In this document: positions 38,987 to 49,848 of the stretch, piece by piece | Numbering within the stretch: position 1 is the stretch's first letter | Layout of the letters: each line of letters opens with the position of its first letter | NCBI GenBank assembly: GCA_977017575.1 | Contig: CDRNVI010000040.1 | Span: 496,001-560,000 of the forward strand | Direction: 5' to 3' | Length of the DNA stretch: 64,000 bases | DNA from: Paramoeba atlantica | Taxonomy: Eukaryota > Protista > Discosea | Translations under genes and position numbers: made by a program | Notes under the pieces: model-generated | The model's database searches: none | Told to the model about the DNA's origin: nothing | The model's input: the letters and a program-made list of their open reading frames with translations, nothing else

Positions 38987-41797
38987 ATGTCATCCAGATG
39001 TATTTTTATACAGCCCAGTAAGCTACCAGTATTAGCTAAAACCTGTTTTTATTGCGCTCGCGCAAGCCTTTACCTTAGCATAGCTCGTTCGTGTGCAACC
39101 CAGACACCTTGCACGACCAAAGACTCTATGTTCGATGGATCCCAGCGTCCGTCTTCTACTCAATTTGCTTTAATGTTGCATCAAGATATAGCAAGGTTTG
39201 AAGCCCAGTCTATCAGCAATTTGGATAACATGAGTTTAGCTCGAGTAGCAAATTTCGTTACTCGTCTTGAAAGAATACGACGCAATTCAAACTATGGGGC
39301 CACGTCAAATTCTTGTACGCACAAGGTCGAAGCAGATGATCTCTATCTAATAGCATCCATAGAAGCCGGTGAACAGTATGGATTTCGAAGGTTTTCAGCT
39401 ACTCTCAACTTGTATTTGCCGTACCCTTATGGCACTCGCACAGCATGCGGGGTGGGCATAGATCCCAAAGAAGCAAGAGTACTTGCGGCGATGCACGCCG
39501 AACGCATTCTAGGAGCCCTAGGTTTTCCTCTATTTCGCCTTTCTTCTGCTCAGCTTAATTACGCTAATTCTGTTGGAGATAAATTTACCATACATTCACA
39601 AAAACAGGATCCGAAAGTGCCGACACCACCGATACTCATATCAAAACGAATTGCAGTGAAAGATAGCAGAGAAAGGAATGCGGTAACCTCTACCCTTTCA
39701 GCTATGTGGCCTCGAAGAAAGGAAGCTTCTCTCTGGCATACCCTCACCTCTCCAAGTGTTGTCGATAAGAGAAGTCTAGCCCGCATTAGTCGCTGGTATA
39801 GATCACACACGCCCAGAAAACTTGGTCACTTTGCTCACTATTCCAAAGTATTGCTAAAATCTGATGAAAACTCCCCGAAACGTTTATGTCGCATAGTTCT
39901 TTATATGCCAAAATACGTCTTACAGGCTTACACTGATGAACGGGTGTATGCTATAGGTTACGGGATTACGTGGCGACGGGCGCTTTTTGCAGCAGCGATG
40001 CACGCCGAATTGCTACTAGATTACTATGGCGCTCCTTTGCATAAACAAGCTTTCTTTCAGCAAGCTCATGAGAGCACGTTATTTTTGCTGAAGAGAGTTT
40101 TTAACGAACAAAAAGTTGCAGCCGACAAGAGTAGCTCTTCTCAAACGGCCGATACTTCTCCGCCTCTTCCTATTCGCATATTTTCGCAAAGGGTCAGTAC
40201 TCAAACCTTTGGATCTTATAAAGAAATTGTTGATCTGGACGACATCGAGGCTACGAAAACGAGTCATCAAAATTTACGACACTCCAGAATTAATATGTCC
40301 AAAAGCGAAAACAAAGTGCTTTTTCAAAATGGACTTCGAACCGCAAACGAATTCAATATGTCACACGGAACCATTCTTGTAAAATCTGTCTACGTTCATC
40401 GTGCCAAGTTGTGGAGAGTGCAATGTTTCAATGCTTCTAATAAAGATGTCGAAGGCGTAGGAGTAGCACGTAGATACTACAATGCGTATCGACTTGCCGT
40501 CATGCATCTTTCTGAAAACAATCTCGTACGGAACAAAGCGGAAATGGCGACACATAGCATAGAATTCAAAGATGTTTCTACATGCAAAAACTCTTTCACA
40601 TCCACTACTGTCGATGAGCAGTCTGATATTTGCGTGGAAGCACGGAAATCAAGCACCCTATCAGCAGATCAAAATTCATGCAAAAGCGAAGGGAAGATCA
40701 CTTGTCAAAGCAGAAGCACTGGTCATCCAGCTTCGGAAAATCGGTGCGATTTTTACTATCATGTGGAAAAGAAGTATATTGCTCCCATCGTTTACGGTCC
40801 TGCAAGGGAAACTCTCGAGCATGAAGGATATACAGTTGTCCCCGCCAACCTAGGAAAATGTGGAAATCCATACGCGCAAATATCTCTTCAGGATGTAGAT
40901 CCCAATTCCATAAGAAGAATGACTCATTACTTTCAACGGCTAGGGCTTCATCTACGTGAATTTTTGCATGCAAAAGCTACATCGTCCCTGTGTTCACACA
41001 AAACTTATCAAGTCGAGCTCAAGTTCCCGTTACCATACACGATCAGGAGATCTGTTTCTTTTAAGCAAATCGATTCGAATCACGCAATCGATGTTGCCTC
41101 TCCTTCAGTTTCTATTGGTGTGGGACATTCTATAAACGAAGCACTTTGTCTAGCTTGCATGCATGCTGAGTGTACGCTTCAATACTATGGTGTACGACTT
41201 TTTGATAATTTGAACACTCAGTATCTTCACGATATTTTAGTTGTCCGTCGTCCATCCTCCATTCCGCTTCCTATTCGTTATGAATGTGAGGAGAGTGTGC
41301 GTTGGCTACGGTTTGTTCAGTGGCGACAGGGTAAAAAGAAGGCACGAGTTCCCGAATACCAGTCACAAGACTTGACGTCGTACGAAAAATTTTCTTATGG
41401 GAAAATAGATCACCGCGCAGAGTATCGTGTTCGACGCTACTTAGAAGTATATTTTGGCTGTTCGTTGCGGGAACAAACTTTATTGTGGAGGATTGATCCT
41501 AAACGATACTTGGCATGTATTGATATTCCGTTGCATTTAACCGGACAGGAATTGCCGGATATCAAAAATAAAGAAACTTTTGTGCAAGCTTCCTGCAGTT
41601 TCGGTGACAAAGAAACCCAAATCAAAGCCTACGGTATCGGATTTTCTGAAAAACACGCCCTTATTGCTGCTTGTATTCACGCGGAGCGGCTACTTCGTCG
41701 TAGGAAAGTAACCATGTTTGAAGACGAACTACTGAATGACAAATGGATCGAATCGTATTCTGTTGTTCCCTCTCTTCGTCCCATATGCATCGAATAA
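38987..41797 (+). CDS. protein with four REH2-type dsRNA-binding-like repeats and no helicase domain
   Basis: Repeats: ACGVGIDPKEARVLAAMHAERIL, AIGYGITWRRALFAAAMHAELLL, SIGVGHSINEALCLACMHAECTL, AYGIGFSEKHALIAACIHAERLL. No Walker A or DEAH motif; leader resembles a mitochondrial presequence. Confidence 0.75.
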   Translation: MSSRCIFIQPSKLPVLAKTCFYCARASLYLSIARSCATQTPCTTKDSMFDGSQRPSSTQFALMLHQDIARFEAQSISNLDNMSLARVANFVTRLERIRRNSNYGATSNSCTHKVEADDLYLIASIEAGEQYGFRRFSATLNLYLPYPYGTRTACGVGIDPKEARVLAAMHAERILGALGFPLFRLSSAQLNYANSVGDKFTIHSQKQDPKVPTPPILISKRIAVKDSRERNAVTSTLSAMWPRRKEASLWHTLTSPSVVDKRSLARISRWYRSHTPRKLGHFAHYSKVLLKSDENSPKRLCRIVLYMPKYVLQAYTDERVYAIGYGITWRRALFAAAMHAELLLDYYGAPLHKQAFFQQAHESTLFLLKRVFNEQKVAADKSSSSQTADTSPPLPIRIFSQRVSTQTFGSYKEIVDLDDIEATKTSHQNLRHSRINMSKSENKVLFQNGLRTANEFNMSHGTILVKSVYVHRAKLWRVQCFNASNKDVEGVGVARRYYNAYRLAVMHLSENNLVRNKAEMATHSIEFKDVSTCKNSFTSTTVDEQSDICVEARKSSTLSADQNSCKSEGKITCQSRSTGHPASENRCDFYYHVEKKYIAPIVYGPARETLEHEGYTVVPANLGKCGNPYAQISLQDVDPNSIRRMTHYFQRLGLHLREFLHAKATSSLCSHKTYQVELKFPLPYTIRRSVSFKQIDSNHAIDVASPSVSIGVGHSINEALCLACMHAECTLQYYGVRLFDNLNTQYLHDILVVRRPSSIPLPIRYECEESVRWLRFVQWRQGKKKARVPEYQSQDLTSYEKFSYGKIDHRAEYRVRRYLEVYFGCSLREQTLLWRIDPKRYLACIDIPLHLTGQELPDIKNKETFVQASCSFGDKETQIKAYGIGFSEKHALIAACIHAERLLRRRKVTMFEDELLNDKWIESYSVVPSLRPICIE

Positions 41798-42130
41798 GGG
41801 TAGGTCCGAATAACATTGTAGTCAAGAAAAGATAAGCGACTTGCGGAGTCAAATGGAATGTTTAGAGCTTGTGGGTGAGTCTGCAATATGCAAAGCCTCT
41901 TTTGTAACATTGTTGCAAAAAGTCTAATTTATTAAGCAAATGATTTTCATAGTCGAATGTATCTGAATCTTGATAGGTAAGAACCTTGACTAAAACAGCA
42001 ACAGTGGAAGGATATTGTATCCGTTCTTTAATCCTTACTTAAACAATATCTACACCGTACTGCTTTTTACCGATGACCCTATCACTTTTAGTAATTTTTT
42101 GAAATTCTATAGCAATAAAAAAATATTAGA

Positions 42131-42838
42131 ATGGCGTCCCGGAAGTCTGTAAAACGAACACCTGCCAAAGATTCGAATCTTGCTTCTAAAACGCCGAAGA
42201 CGAAAAAAGTAGCGCGCAAGAGACAGTCTTCACACGGAAAAACGTACGTTTCATTAGGCAGCCCGGTACACACATCACGAGAAGCGTCCCTTGAAAGCCT
42301 GACTAGCAATCCACACTTTGAATCTCCGGTCCTTCTCTCAAGTCCTTTTGATTCCTTCCAATACGGTTCACTTCACATAGAAGGGAATAGAGCACGCCAA
42401 GAAGAGGATGTCGGCACTACAAAGGCATCAATTGTAGTGCCCTCAGCTGGAACTTTATTTTTTCCTTTCCATCAAAGAGAGCGCCTAGTTTTTCGCCATC
42501 AATTACCTGATTCAGGAAAGGAGGACACTCTTAGTTCACAATTTGCTCCAAAGCACTATTTTTTTATTTACGCTTCCTTTGACGATTCTCAAGGCTATCT
42601 ACAGATTCCAATACCAAGCGTAAAAAACTTTTATGGCGTTTTATCCGCAAATTTTACAGAAAATTTAGAAGCCGATTGTTTCTTTGTACTTGAGAACAAA
42701 GAGAACAACGATGTAGTTCACAAAGTTTATTTTGGTCACGACCCTGCCTTAATGGAGGCTTTCAGACGTGGCATCATGCACTTGGGTGTTTGTTTGTTTG
42801 CTCCTAGAAGCGAAGTAAACATCATGAGATCATGTTAA
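42131..42838 (+). CDS. hypothetical protein with basic N-terminus
   Basis: 235-aa ATG ORF; MASRKSVKRTPAKDS...KTKKVARKR. Confidence 0.6.
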   Translation: MASRKSVKRTPAKDSNLASKTPKTKKVARKRQSSHGKTYVSLGSPVHTSREASLESLTSNPHFESPVLLSSPFDSFQYGSLHIEGNRARQEEDVGTTKASIVVPSAGTLFFPFHQRERLVFRHQLPDSGKEDTLSSQFAPKHYFFIYASFDDSQGYLQIPIPSVKNFYGVLSANFTENLEADCFFVLENKENNDVVHKVYFGHDPALMEAFRRGIMHLGVCLFAPRSEVNIMRSC

Positions 42839-43153
42839 ATATATCGTACTACTACACTACCGATTGCTTCGTTTTTTTAAAGCACCAAAAGATTTTTTCA
42901 TACTACAAATTTTATTCGTTGAGAGAGGCCCTTACATGGCTGGTAAATAATCTAGCTTTCGACTAACTCAGTCCAATACTGAATGTAGGAAGCAAAACAT
43001 TCGAAATATTTTAGCGAGCATTAAAAAAAATTACAACACAAAACAAATGCTAACTTATACAAATGTATGCCTGTACGTATACCTGCCTGCCATGTACAAG
43101 GCTGGTTCAATTGATCCCATACTTTTTCGTCTTAATATTTTTTTCTCTTTCCC

Positions 43154-44302
43154 ATGAATGACAGTGTCCAAGACAATCTTGGTCCTCTCTTGGTTAGCGA
43201 AGTGCCACGGGCCATTATTCTTCTTTTGGATCTCACTCCGTATGACGGAACCATCAATCTGAATTCAGATTCTTCACATATACTCAACGCTTCCTCTTTG
43301 CAAAGGATTCCTTTTTTGGACCAAGTCTTGTTCATTCTTACGGCTTGTCAGTCTATGGGGCACACGGTACAAGTTTTGGTATTATATGGTCCTCATTGTG
43401 CATGGATAGACGTTGATTCAGTTGGTCCAATTGTAGGGAAAGTAATAGGGGACTCTGACATCATGCCAGACTCATTTGCGCCTGTTCCATCACTCGACAA
43501 TATAGTAAATGACACTTCAGCAAAGTCTCCTGAGGGTGAGACTCCAGAAGAAGAAAAATACACTTATCCTCAAGCTGCATTCTTCATGCAATCTATTCTT
43601 TCAATCCTACAAAATATAAAGTTGACCGCATCTGTGCTGAAAGAAAAGACGGACAGTGTCCGAGCAGTCTTACCCCCTTCTGTAGACATTGGCACTGCTC
43701 TTAGTTTAGCTTTATGCGCTTGGCATCGTATTCAATCTCAATTTTCCACAGCAAATTCCAGAAATATTGGTCATCGTCAAGAGTCTACATTAGAATTTGA
43801 TGCCAATATAGAACCTCACGTAATTCTTCTCCTTCCAGAGTGTGCTATCACACAACAAAATCAATTTACGAATTCTTCTTGGAAGAAACTTATGAACGCA
43901 ACCTTTTGTTCAATGCAGGAGGGCGTTTCTTTCTCTACAGTTCTTTGGAAAAATAAGTTTTCTGAAGCAAATAGGAGCAGCCGTTCTGAACATTTCACGA
44001 CTGGTTCGTCAAACGATTTAAACATTCTTTTAGCTTTGCGTCACGTTGCATACCTGACTCATGGAGTAGTAGTGCACGCTGCACTGGATGAAATCGTACC
44101 CGTCGTTCTTGAATCGCTAAAGAGGTCTAGATCTAATATTGGATCCCTTAACACTACTAGCACAGAAACCCGGTCCGACTTGAGACCTGCATGTTGCTGT
44201 CATGGAGCTCTAACGGGAGTAGCGAATATATGTCCTCAGTGTCTGCGCGTGTTCTGCAATAATTGGAAGTCATCTTGCTGTCACGTTTGCTCTGGAAAGT
44301 GA
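43154..44302 (+). CDS. TFB4: TFIIH subunit Tfb4/p34
   Basis: vWA-like N-terminus (IILLLDLTP, ALSLALC) and C-terminal RPACCCHG...ICPQCLRVFC...CHVC zinc finger. Confidence 0.8.
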   Translation: MNDSVQDNLGPLLVSEVPRAIILLLDLTPYDGTINLNSDSSHILNASSLQRIPFLDQVLFILTACQSMGHTVQVLVLYGPHCAWIDVDSVGPIVGKVIGDSDIMPDSFAPVPSLDNIVNDTSAKSPEGETPEEEKYTYPQAAFFMQSILSILQNIKLTASVLKEKTDSVRAVLPPSVDIGTALSLALCAWHRIQSQFSTANSRNIGHRQESTLEFDANIEPHVILLLPECAITQQNQFTNSSWKKLMNATFCSMQEGVSFSTVLWKNKFSEANRSSRSEHFTTGSSNDLNILLALRHVAYLTHGVVVHAALDEIVPVVLESLKRSRSNIGSLNTTSTETRSDLRPACCCHGALTGVANICPQCLRVFCNNWKSSCCHVCSGK

Positions 44303-44891
44303 CAACTACATGTACGAAATCGTAGGACACATTCACGTAGGAGAGTGTTGTGAATGATCCTCGAAGTCCTTCCAAGAAGTTAGTGAACAATTCGGTTACT
44401 TCACTTACCTTACGTTGCTGACTCCTACTTGTTTCTGGTCTATGCGTCCTCAGTTGTCGCCAAGGGCCATGCACATCACAGGTTACATTTTACAGTGCAT
44501 CACACTTACAGGATCGTATCTTTACTCTTGAAATTTTGCGACGGGCTCTGCGGGCGCCTCTCATGATTTCATTATTTCTCAAATGTACAGTGCCGAATCA
44601 CCCGTAGCAAATATTTAACACCCTTACCTTCTCATATTCACACTGTACATGCCAAAATGGGCACACTGTCTAAATAAAGTATATAGACAGTGTGTCATAG
44701 AGTGACACACCAAAAAGAAATATAACCGTACAAGCTCTCCTAAGCACTTTTATTTCTTTCATTGGGTAAGATTTACTACACTGGATGAAAATGAACACAC
44801 CACTACTCCTCACAAGTGCTGTTTACAAATACAATTGATAGCGATAAACATGTTCTGTTGTTGCTAACGTTAGCACCTGCTAATCAAGGTT

Positions 44892-46415
44892 ATGGAAAAA
44901 TCACTTATTGATGTTAAATATTTAAAGGACATAACCATTCGCGGAGCGCGAGCTCTGTCCTGTGGCGTCAGCGGGGAACGCTTGATATCTCTTTGTTCAA
45001 CTCGGCGTGAAGAGTTTCAAACCATCACTAACTTTATTCGTAGTTGTCATGAACTACGTCGCACAGAATTTTTTCTTGTTAGCGGTACTCCTGGAGTAGG
45101 AAAAACATTTTTGCTTCGCCAGGTCATGACGACCCTCGAGCGCGAGGGTATTGTTCATCCAGTCTATATCAATTGCTTCGAAATAGATAACCCCAAGAGC
45201 ATTGCAAACGAAATACTACATGAAATACAACACACTTATAGTCGTGCTAGAGCTGATTCACGTAAAAGAATGACGCGCGTTCCCTCAACGAAATCTGCCG
45301 CTACTCGACACGCTTCAGATACCCTTGAGCGGCTGTGCGAAAGTGGTTGGGACGGAATACGATCTCCATCAGATAGCAGGTTGATCCTACTTGTTCTTGA
45401 TGAAATCGACAGGTTAATTGTCTCTCAGGAGCGTACGAGAACAGTCTTTCAATTGCTCGACCTGTTACGCTACCCTCTCAGCAATCTCTGTATATTTGGT
45501 ATCTCAAATCAAATTGGTATACCTGCGTTGTATGAGTCAAAAATGTTGTCACGTGTCTCGGGACAATGCATCATACGCTCCTACACAGAGGAGGAATTGG
45601 TTCGATTGATTAAGCAACGTCTCCACGTTTTTGATGCAGAAATCGTTTTACAGAAAGAAACAGACGCAGACTGTGGGACCCTCTATCCTTTATTTGCTCC
45701 AATCGCTCTTCAGGTTCTAATGCGGAAATGCGGGGGTACGCAAGGGGATGCTCGTAGAGTACTTCACGCTTGCGAGCACGTACTGCTTCGATTATTCGGA
45801 GAGCGTGATGCCGTATGGAAAAGTTTGTCTAAACAAGCTTGTAGTGTTCAGATTGATCCAAAACTTCTACAAAATCCAAGAACTGGACTTATTAGTCCTG
45901 AATATACAATGCTGGTCGCGCATGAATTGGTACCCAGCCAGTATCCAGAGCTACGCAACTTACCTTTTCTTGCACATATCGTGCTTGCTGTGTTTTGGAA
46001 TGCACAAAAGGTGCAAGGCTGTGCGGAATCCGTGCAACATCGTACCTCCACGCAAAATACGAATCTAGGAAACTATATTGCCCCAGAAGTCCCAGTCGCG
46101 CTCTCATCCGACATAATTATGGATGTTGTATGGTGCATGTCCCGACGACTTGAGGTGATCGAAGAAATGCATTCGCAAAATTGTGAAGGGGATTCGATTT
46201 CTAACCTCGCGCAGAGAATGCGCAATTTTGCTGGCATACAAATAGTACTACAGTCACTTGTCGATTTGCATATTCTACAACAGCTTCGAACTCCTGATGG
46301 TTTTGAATCTAGGGCCTCATTTCGTCTACTCACACCTGCGGCACAGGTGGAGCGAGTGCTGCATGAAGCTCAAAGCTCGGCTTACCCTTTTTTAAAACAT
46401 TTAGCACCAGAGTGA
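44892..46415 (+). CDS. ORC1/CDC6-family AAA+ ATPase
   Basis: REEEF, SGTPGVGKT, VYINC, LVLDEIDRL, FGISN, YTEEELVRLIKQRL, GDARRVLHAC. Confidence 0.85.
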   Translation: MEKSLIDVKYLKDITIRGARALSCGVSGERLISLCSTRREEFQTITNFIRSCHELRRTEFFLVSGTPGVGKTFLLRQVMTTLEREGIVHPVYINCFEIDNPKSIANEILHEIQHTYSRARADSRKRMTRVPSTKSAATRHASDTLERLCESGWDGIRSPSDSRLILLVLDEIDRLIVSQERTRTVFQLLDLLRYPLSNLCIFGISNQIGIPALYESKMLSRVSGQCIIRSYTEEELVRLIKQRLHVFDAEIVLQKETDADCGTLYPLFAPIALQVLMRKCGGTQGDARRVLHACEHVLLRLFGERDAVWKSLSKQACSVQIDPKLLQNPRTGLISPEYTMLVAHELVPSQYPELRNLPFLAHIVLAVFWNAQKVQGCAESVQHRTSTQNTNLGNYIAPEVPVALSSDIIMDVVWCMSRRLEVIEEMHSQNCEGDSISNLAQRMRNFAGIQIVLQSLVDLHILQQLRTPDGFESRASFRLLTPAAQVERVLHEAQSSAYPFLKHLAPE

Positions 46416-46586
46416 AAGCACGTTTTTTCAATGTTTACGAATCTCTTTGTTCAAAAAAGAAAAATTAGTCAAAAAAGTTGAATAATGTTTTTGCATAAAT
46501 TAACTACAGCAGCTTTTTTCTGTGTAAAGAGAATTAATTTTAGAACACTGTTTTAGAAAAAAGTGGTCTCTGTTTGAAACAATTTT

Positions 46587-47357
46587 ATGTATGAAAATAT
46601 ACTCCGGATCCTCCAGGCGAACTTGCAATACGGAAACAGTGATGCGACCGACGCGTTGTTAAGCCTGCAGACCATAACTGGGAACGAGCGTTTTTGGTTT
46701 GAATTCATCGAATGTTCTACATTGGCACCGCTTCTTGCCGCTTATGTATGCAAAAAGGCCGTGTTACGATGTGAGCAATCGGAATTATCTCAAGGTCAAG
46801 ATACGTCAAACCACCTTGAAATAGCCACCCTCCATGCAGCATTGGAATTTCTGCAGGACGTTCTTCCTTTTGCGCTCTTGACGTTGAAGGGGCGCACGCG
46901 GTCTTCTCTGTCACGACTATGTAAGCTCGTAACACAAGCGACGCCACACCAGGAGAGTTCGCATGTGGGTGACGTCGCTGCGGAATGTGCTCATATTCGG
47001 GGTCTTTGTGATGATATCACCCAGGCCTGTAGAGAGGACTACGGGGCCGCACTCCCCATTCTCCCCTCTTCGTGTCTGACAAGCACCCCGCTTTGTGTGC
47101 AGCAGTACAATAATTTCAACGATATCCCAGGGGAGCAGCAAACTACCCCAACGTGTGGTCCGATGGGACACCACCCCTCCCGTCGAGGGCTCACGGCACC
47201 GTTTTCTCCCCGGGAGGACGAAACGATACGCACAGGGGTGCGACTTTTCGGGCACAGGTACCGGCAAATATACGACGCCAATCAGGGCGTGTGGGCTCCT
47301 GGGAGATCTCCAGATCAAATCGAATATCGGTGGAAGCATTTGAAAACGCTTCTGTGA
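46587..47357 (+). CDS. TRF: telomere repeat-binding factor-like protein (C-terminal Myb)
   Basis: C-terminal PFSPREDETIRTGVRLFGHRYRQIY...GRSPDQIEYRWKHL after a helical N-terminal domain, as in kinetoplastid TRF. Confidence 0.7.
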   Translation: MYENILRILQANLQYGNSDATDALLSLQTITGNERFWFEFIECSTLAPLLAAYVCKKAVLRCEQSELSQGQDTSNHLEIATLHAALEFLQDVLPFALLTLKGRTRSSLSRLCKLVTQATPHQESSHVGDVAAECAHIRGLCDDITQACREDYGAALPILPSSCLTSTPLCVQQYNNFNDIPGEQQTTPTCGPMGHHPSRRGLTAPFSPREDETIRTGVRLFGHRYRQIYDANQGVWAPGRSPDQIEYRWKHLKTLL

Positions 47358-47547
47358 AATCGAAAAAAATGTTTTATCCTTTGTAAATTAGTAATATTCC
47401 TATGAAGGTCAAAATTATTAGGATATTTGTTCAGTATTTTCTTTTGCCTTACTTGATAAGTGTGGGGTAGGCTTTCATGGGCTACACAATGATTTTACAT
47501 GTATCTTCTCTTAATTATAGCAATACCCACCTAGTGTTTTCCTTTTA

Positions 47548-48714
47548 ATGCACTCCTCCCGACTTCTTTCCGCGTTACAGACCTATGCCACGCTTCCCCC
47601 CTCGGATGTCTTCCCCCTCCCCCTCGTAAAGTGGGCCCAGCGACACAACTGTAACTTCTCCTCCGGCTTGCGACAGGCCTATGTCACCCTGGGCTACGCC
47701 GCCGCCGTAGACCCCAGCATTGACCCCCCTGAGTCACAAAACAACACCCCCGGCGATGCTACAACCGGGTCCTCTCCTCCACCCCCCCTCCCCCTCTTCT
47801 CCCCCACTCTCCTTCGTGCCGTCCAGGAATCCAACTACCAACTCGCACACTGCTCCGACTGGGTAGAACACATCGCCGTGACCCAATTCGAATACGCTCA
47901 TCGAATACCCCATCCCCCCGTGGCCGTGACGCACCCCTCTACATTGGAAACAGAAAAACAAGAACAAAACGAAAAAGAACAAAAACAAGAACAAGAAGAA
48001 CAAAAACAAAAAGAACAAAAACAAAAAGAACAAGAACAAAAAGAACAAGAACAAAAGCAAGAAGAACAAAAGGAACAAGAACCCTCCACCCCTTCCACCC
48101 CCCCTATGAACCCCTCCCCTACGTGGACCGCCATCCCCTCCTCTGAGGTCGACACGGGAAAATTCGACATCCCGATTCACCCCACCAATGCCTCTTCCCC
48201 CCTCTTCCCCTCCTCCATACCCCCCAGCGGGCAGCACGACCCCACCGGTCCCCTCCTCTCCCTCCGCATCCGTGCCGTGCTCACGGTACGGGTCAACCCC
48301 GCACGGTTCCTCCCGCACTACCGCTGGTGTCACCAACGGATTCACGTCCCCGAGGGGGGGGCGATCGGGGGGGCTGTCGCGGGGACAGAGCCCGGCAGCG
48401 TCGGGGAGGGGGAGAGCTCTGTGCCGTTACGGCACCAGGCCGCGACCTATGCCGCGACCCGCCCCTGGGCGCGGGGGTTGTTAAAGGTGTTTCGCTCGGT
48501 GACGTTGGATCCGGTGATGCGGACCATGGTGCCGTATGTTCCGGCGAAGATGACCGTGATGGAGATGTGTCTGGGTCCGGTGGGGAGAGGGGAGAGGGGG
48601 GGTCCGTCGTGTGCGGTGGGTGCGGAAATGAATTGGAGAGTGACGGCTCTTAGGCATGCGGAGGAGGTGGCGTATCCGGTTTGGGTACAGCGGAGTAAGC
48701 AGGAGGGTTTGTAG
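47548..48714 (+). CDS. hypothetical protein with an E/Q/K low-complexity insert
   Basis: 388-aa ATG ORF; caa/gaa/aaa repeat at about 47950-48080; spans a C-to-G island. Confidence 0.6.
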   Translation: MHSSRLLSALQTYATLPPSDVFPLPLVKWAQRHNCNFSSGLRQAYVTLGYAAAVDPSIDPPESQNNTPGDATTGSSPPPPLPLFSPTLLRAVQESNYQLAHCSDWVEHIAVTQFEYAHRIPHPPVAVTHPSTLETEKQEQNEKEQKQEQEEQKQKEQKQKEQEQKEQEQKQEEQKEQEPSTPSTPPMNPSPTWTAIPSSEVDTGKFDIPIHPTNASSPLFPSSIPPSGQHDPTGPLLSLRIRAVLTVRVNPARFLPHYRWCHQRIHVPEGGAIGGAVAGTEPGSVGEGESSVPLRHQAATYAATRPWARGLLKVFRSVTLDPVMRTMVPYVPAKMTVMEMCLGPVGRGERGGPSCAVGAEMNWRVTALRHAEEVAYPVWVQRSKQEGL

Positions 48715-48933
48715 TCCGAGGTTTGTAGTCCGGGTGTGTTCGTTGGGGTTAGTATAGTAATTGTAGCACTTGTAGCATTGTTCAATTTTGGCAAATAATG
48801 TGGAAGGTAAACATGACAAGGGTGTGGGAATGTAGACATCGGGTTCACTAAAACGATTCAGAATAGTCTATGGGAAACTAATCGCTGGTAGTCTTTTTAC
48901 CTTCTAACATCCTTGTTTCCAAAATTTATCCGT

Positions 48934-49620
48934 ATGAACCGAGATCAGATTAAAGCGCTAAAATTGAAAGCGCAACAAGAAGCAGCGTGTCCAGATTCGG
49001 ATGCTAAAAGCGGCAGAAATCATATTGAGCACGCCGCAAAAATGCGTCAACGTGCATTGAAACAGAAAAAGAAGGAGGAAGAGGTCGCAAGGGGAAATGA
49101 GAAAGCACGTCAGGCGGAGGAACAGAAGCGCCAATTTTTGGATGCGTTAGAAGACAAAACCGCGGAAAGCTCTGCCGATTCTCTTGAAGCACTTAAACAA
49201 TCGGTAGAACAACTTGATATCAAACAAAAGGAAGCACAGCAACGCGCCCAAAATCACGCTCTAAAACTTGAGGAAGATGCCTTACAGGCGGAGCGTGAAC
49301 GAGTGTTGAATATGAGTAGCGATGAACGCGATGCGTACCTACGTGGTCTGGAAACTAAAATACACCAAACACAAAGCGTAATTGCTGAAAAACAACAGTC
49401 ACAAAAAAACATGGAGAACTCGGTAGAAACTCGACGGCACGAACCCAGGAAAAAAGAAAAAGCAACGAAGCCCAATAATGTGTTGCCTTCTTTTCTCCAC
49501 GAGGCGGAAGAGGCCGACTTTGATCATGAAAATGAAAACTACAAGTCGGGGACACCCGCTGACCTTCTGCTTATTCACAAAAATACGAAGGCACTTAGAA
49601 AATCGGGTGAAATCTTGTAG
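48934..49620 (+). CDS. coiled-coil hypothetical protein
   Basis: ATG at 48934; K/E/Q/A-rich helical composition. Confidence 0.65.
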   Translation: MNRDQIKALKLKAQQEAACPDSDAKSGRNHIEHAAKMRQRALKQKKKEEEVARGNEKARQAEEQKRQFLDALEDKTAESSADSLEALKQSVEQLDIKQKEAQQRAQNHALKLEEDALQAERERVLNMSSDERDAYLRGLETKIHQTQSVIAEKQQSQKNMENSVETRRHEPRKKEKATKPNNVLPSFLHEAEEADFDHENENYKSGTPADLLLIHKNTKALRKSGEIL

Positions 49621-49848
49621 CCTGCTAAATCTGCTACATCCGAGTTTCCAGTTGGGCATTCACATTTTTTTGAGATAAAAAGCGTCACTTAATGTGGATG
49701 GTGAGCTAGTTACTCATATGTTTACAAAACTCATATGTTTCCTCATATGTATCACCTTTGTTTTTAAACCTTGGTATACGAAACCGTAATACAACTTCCT
49801 ACATCATCTTGCCATTTTTCACACACCTCATACCTTTACACCTCCCCT

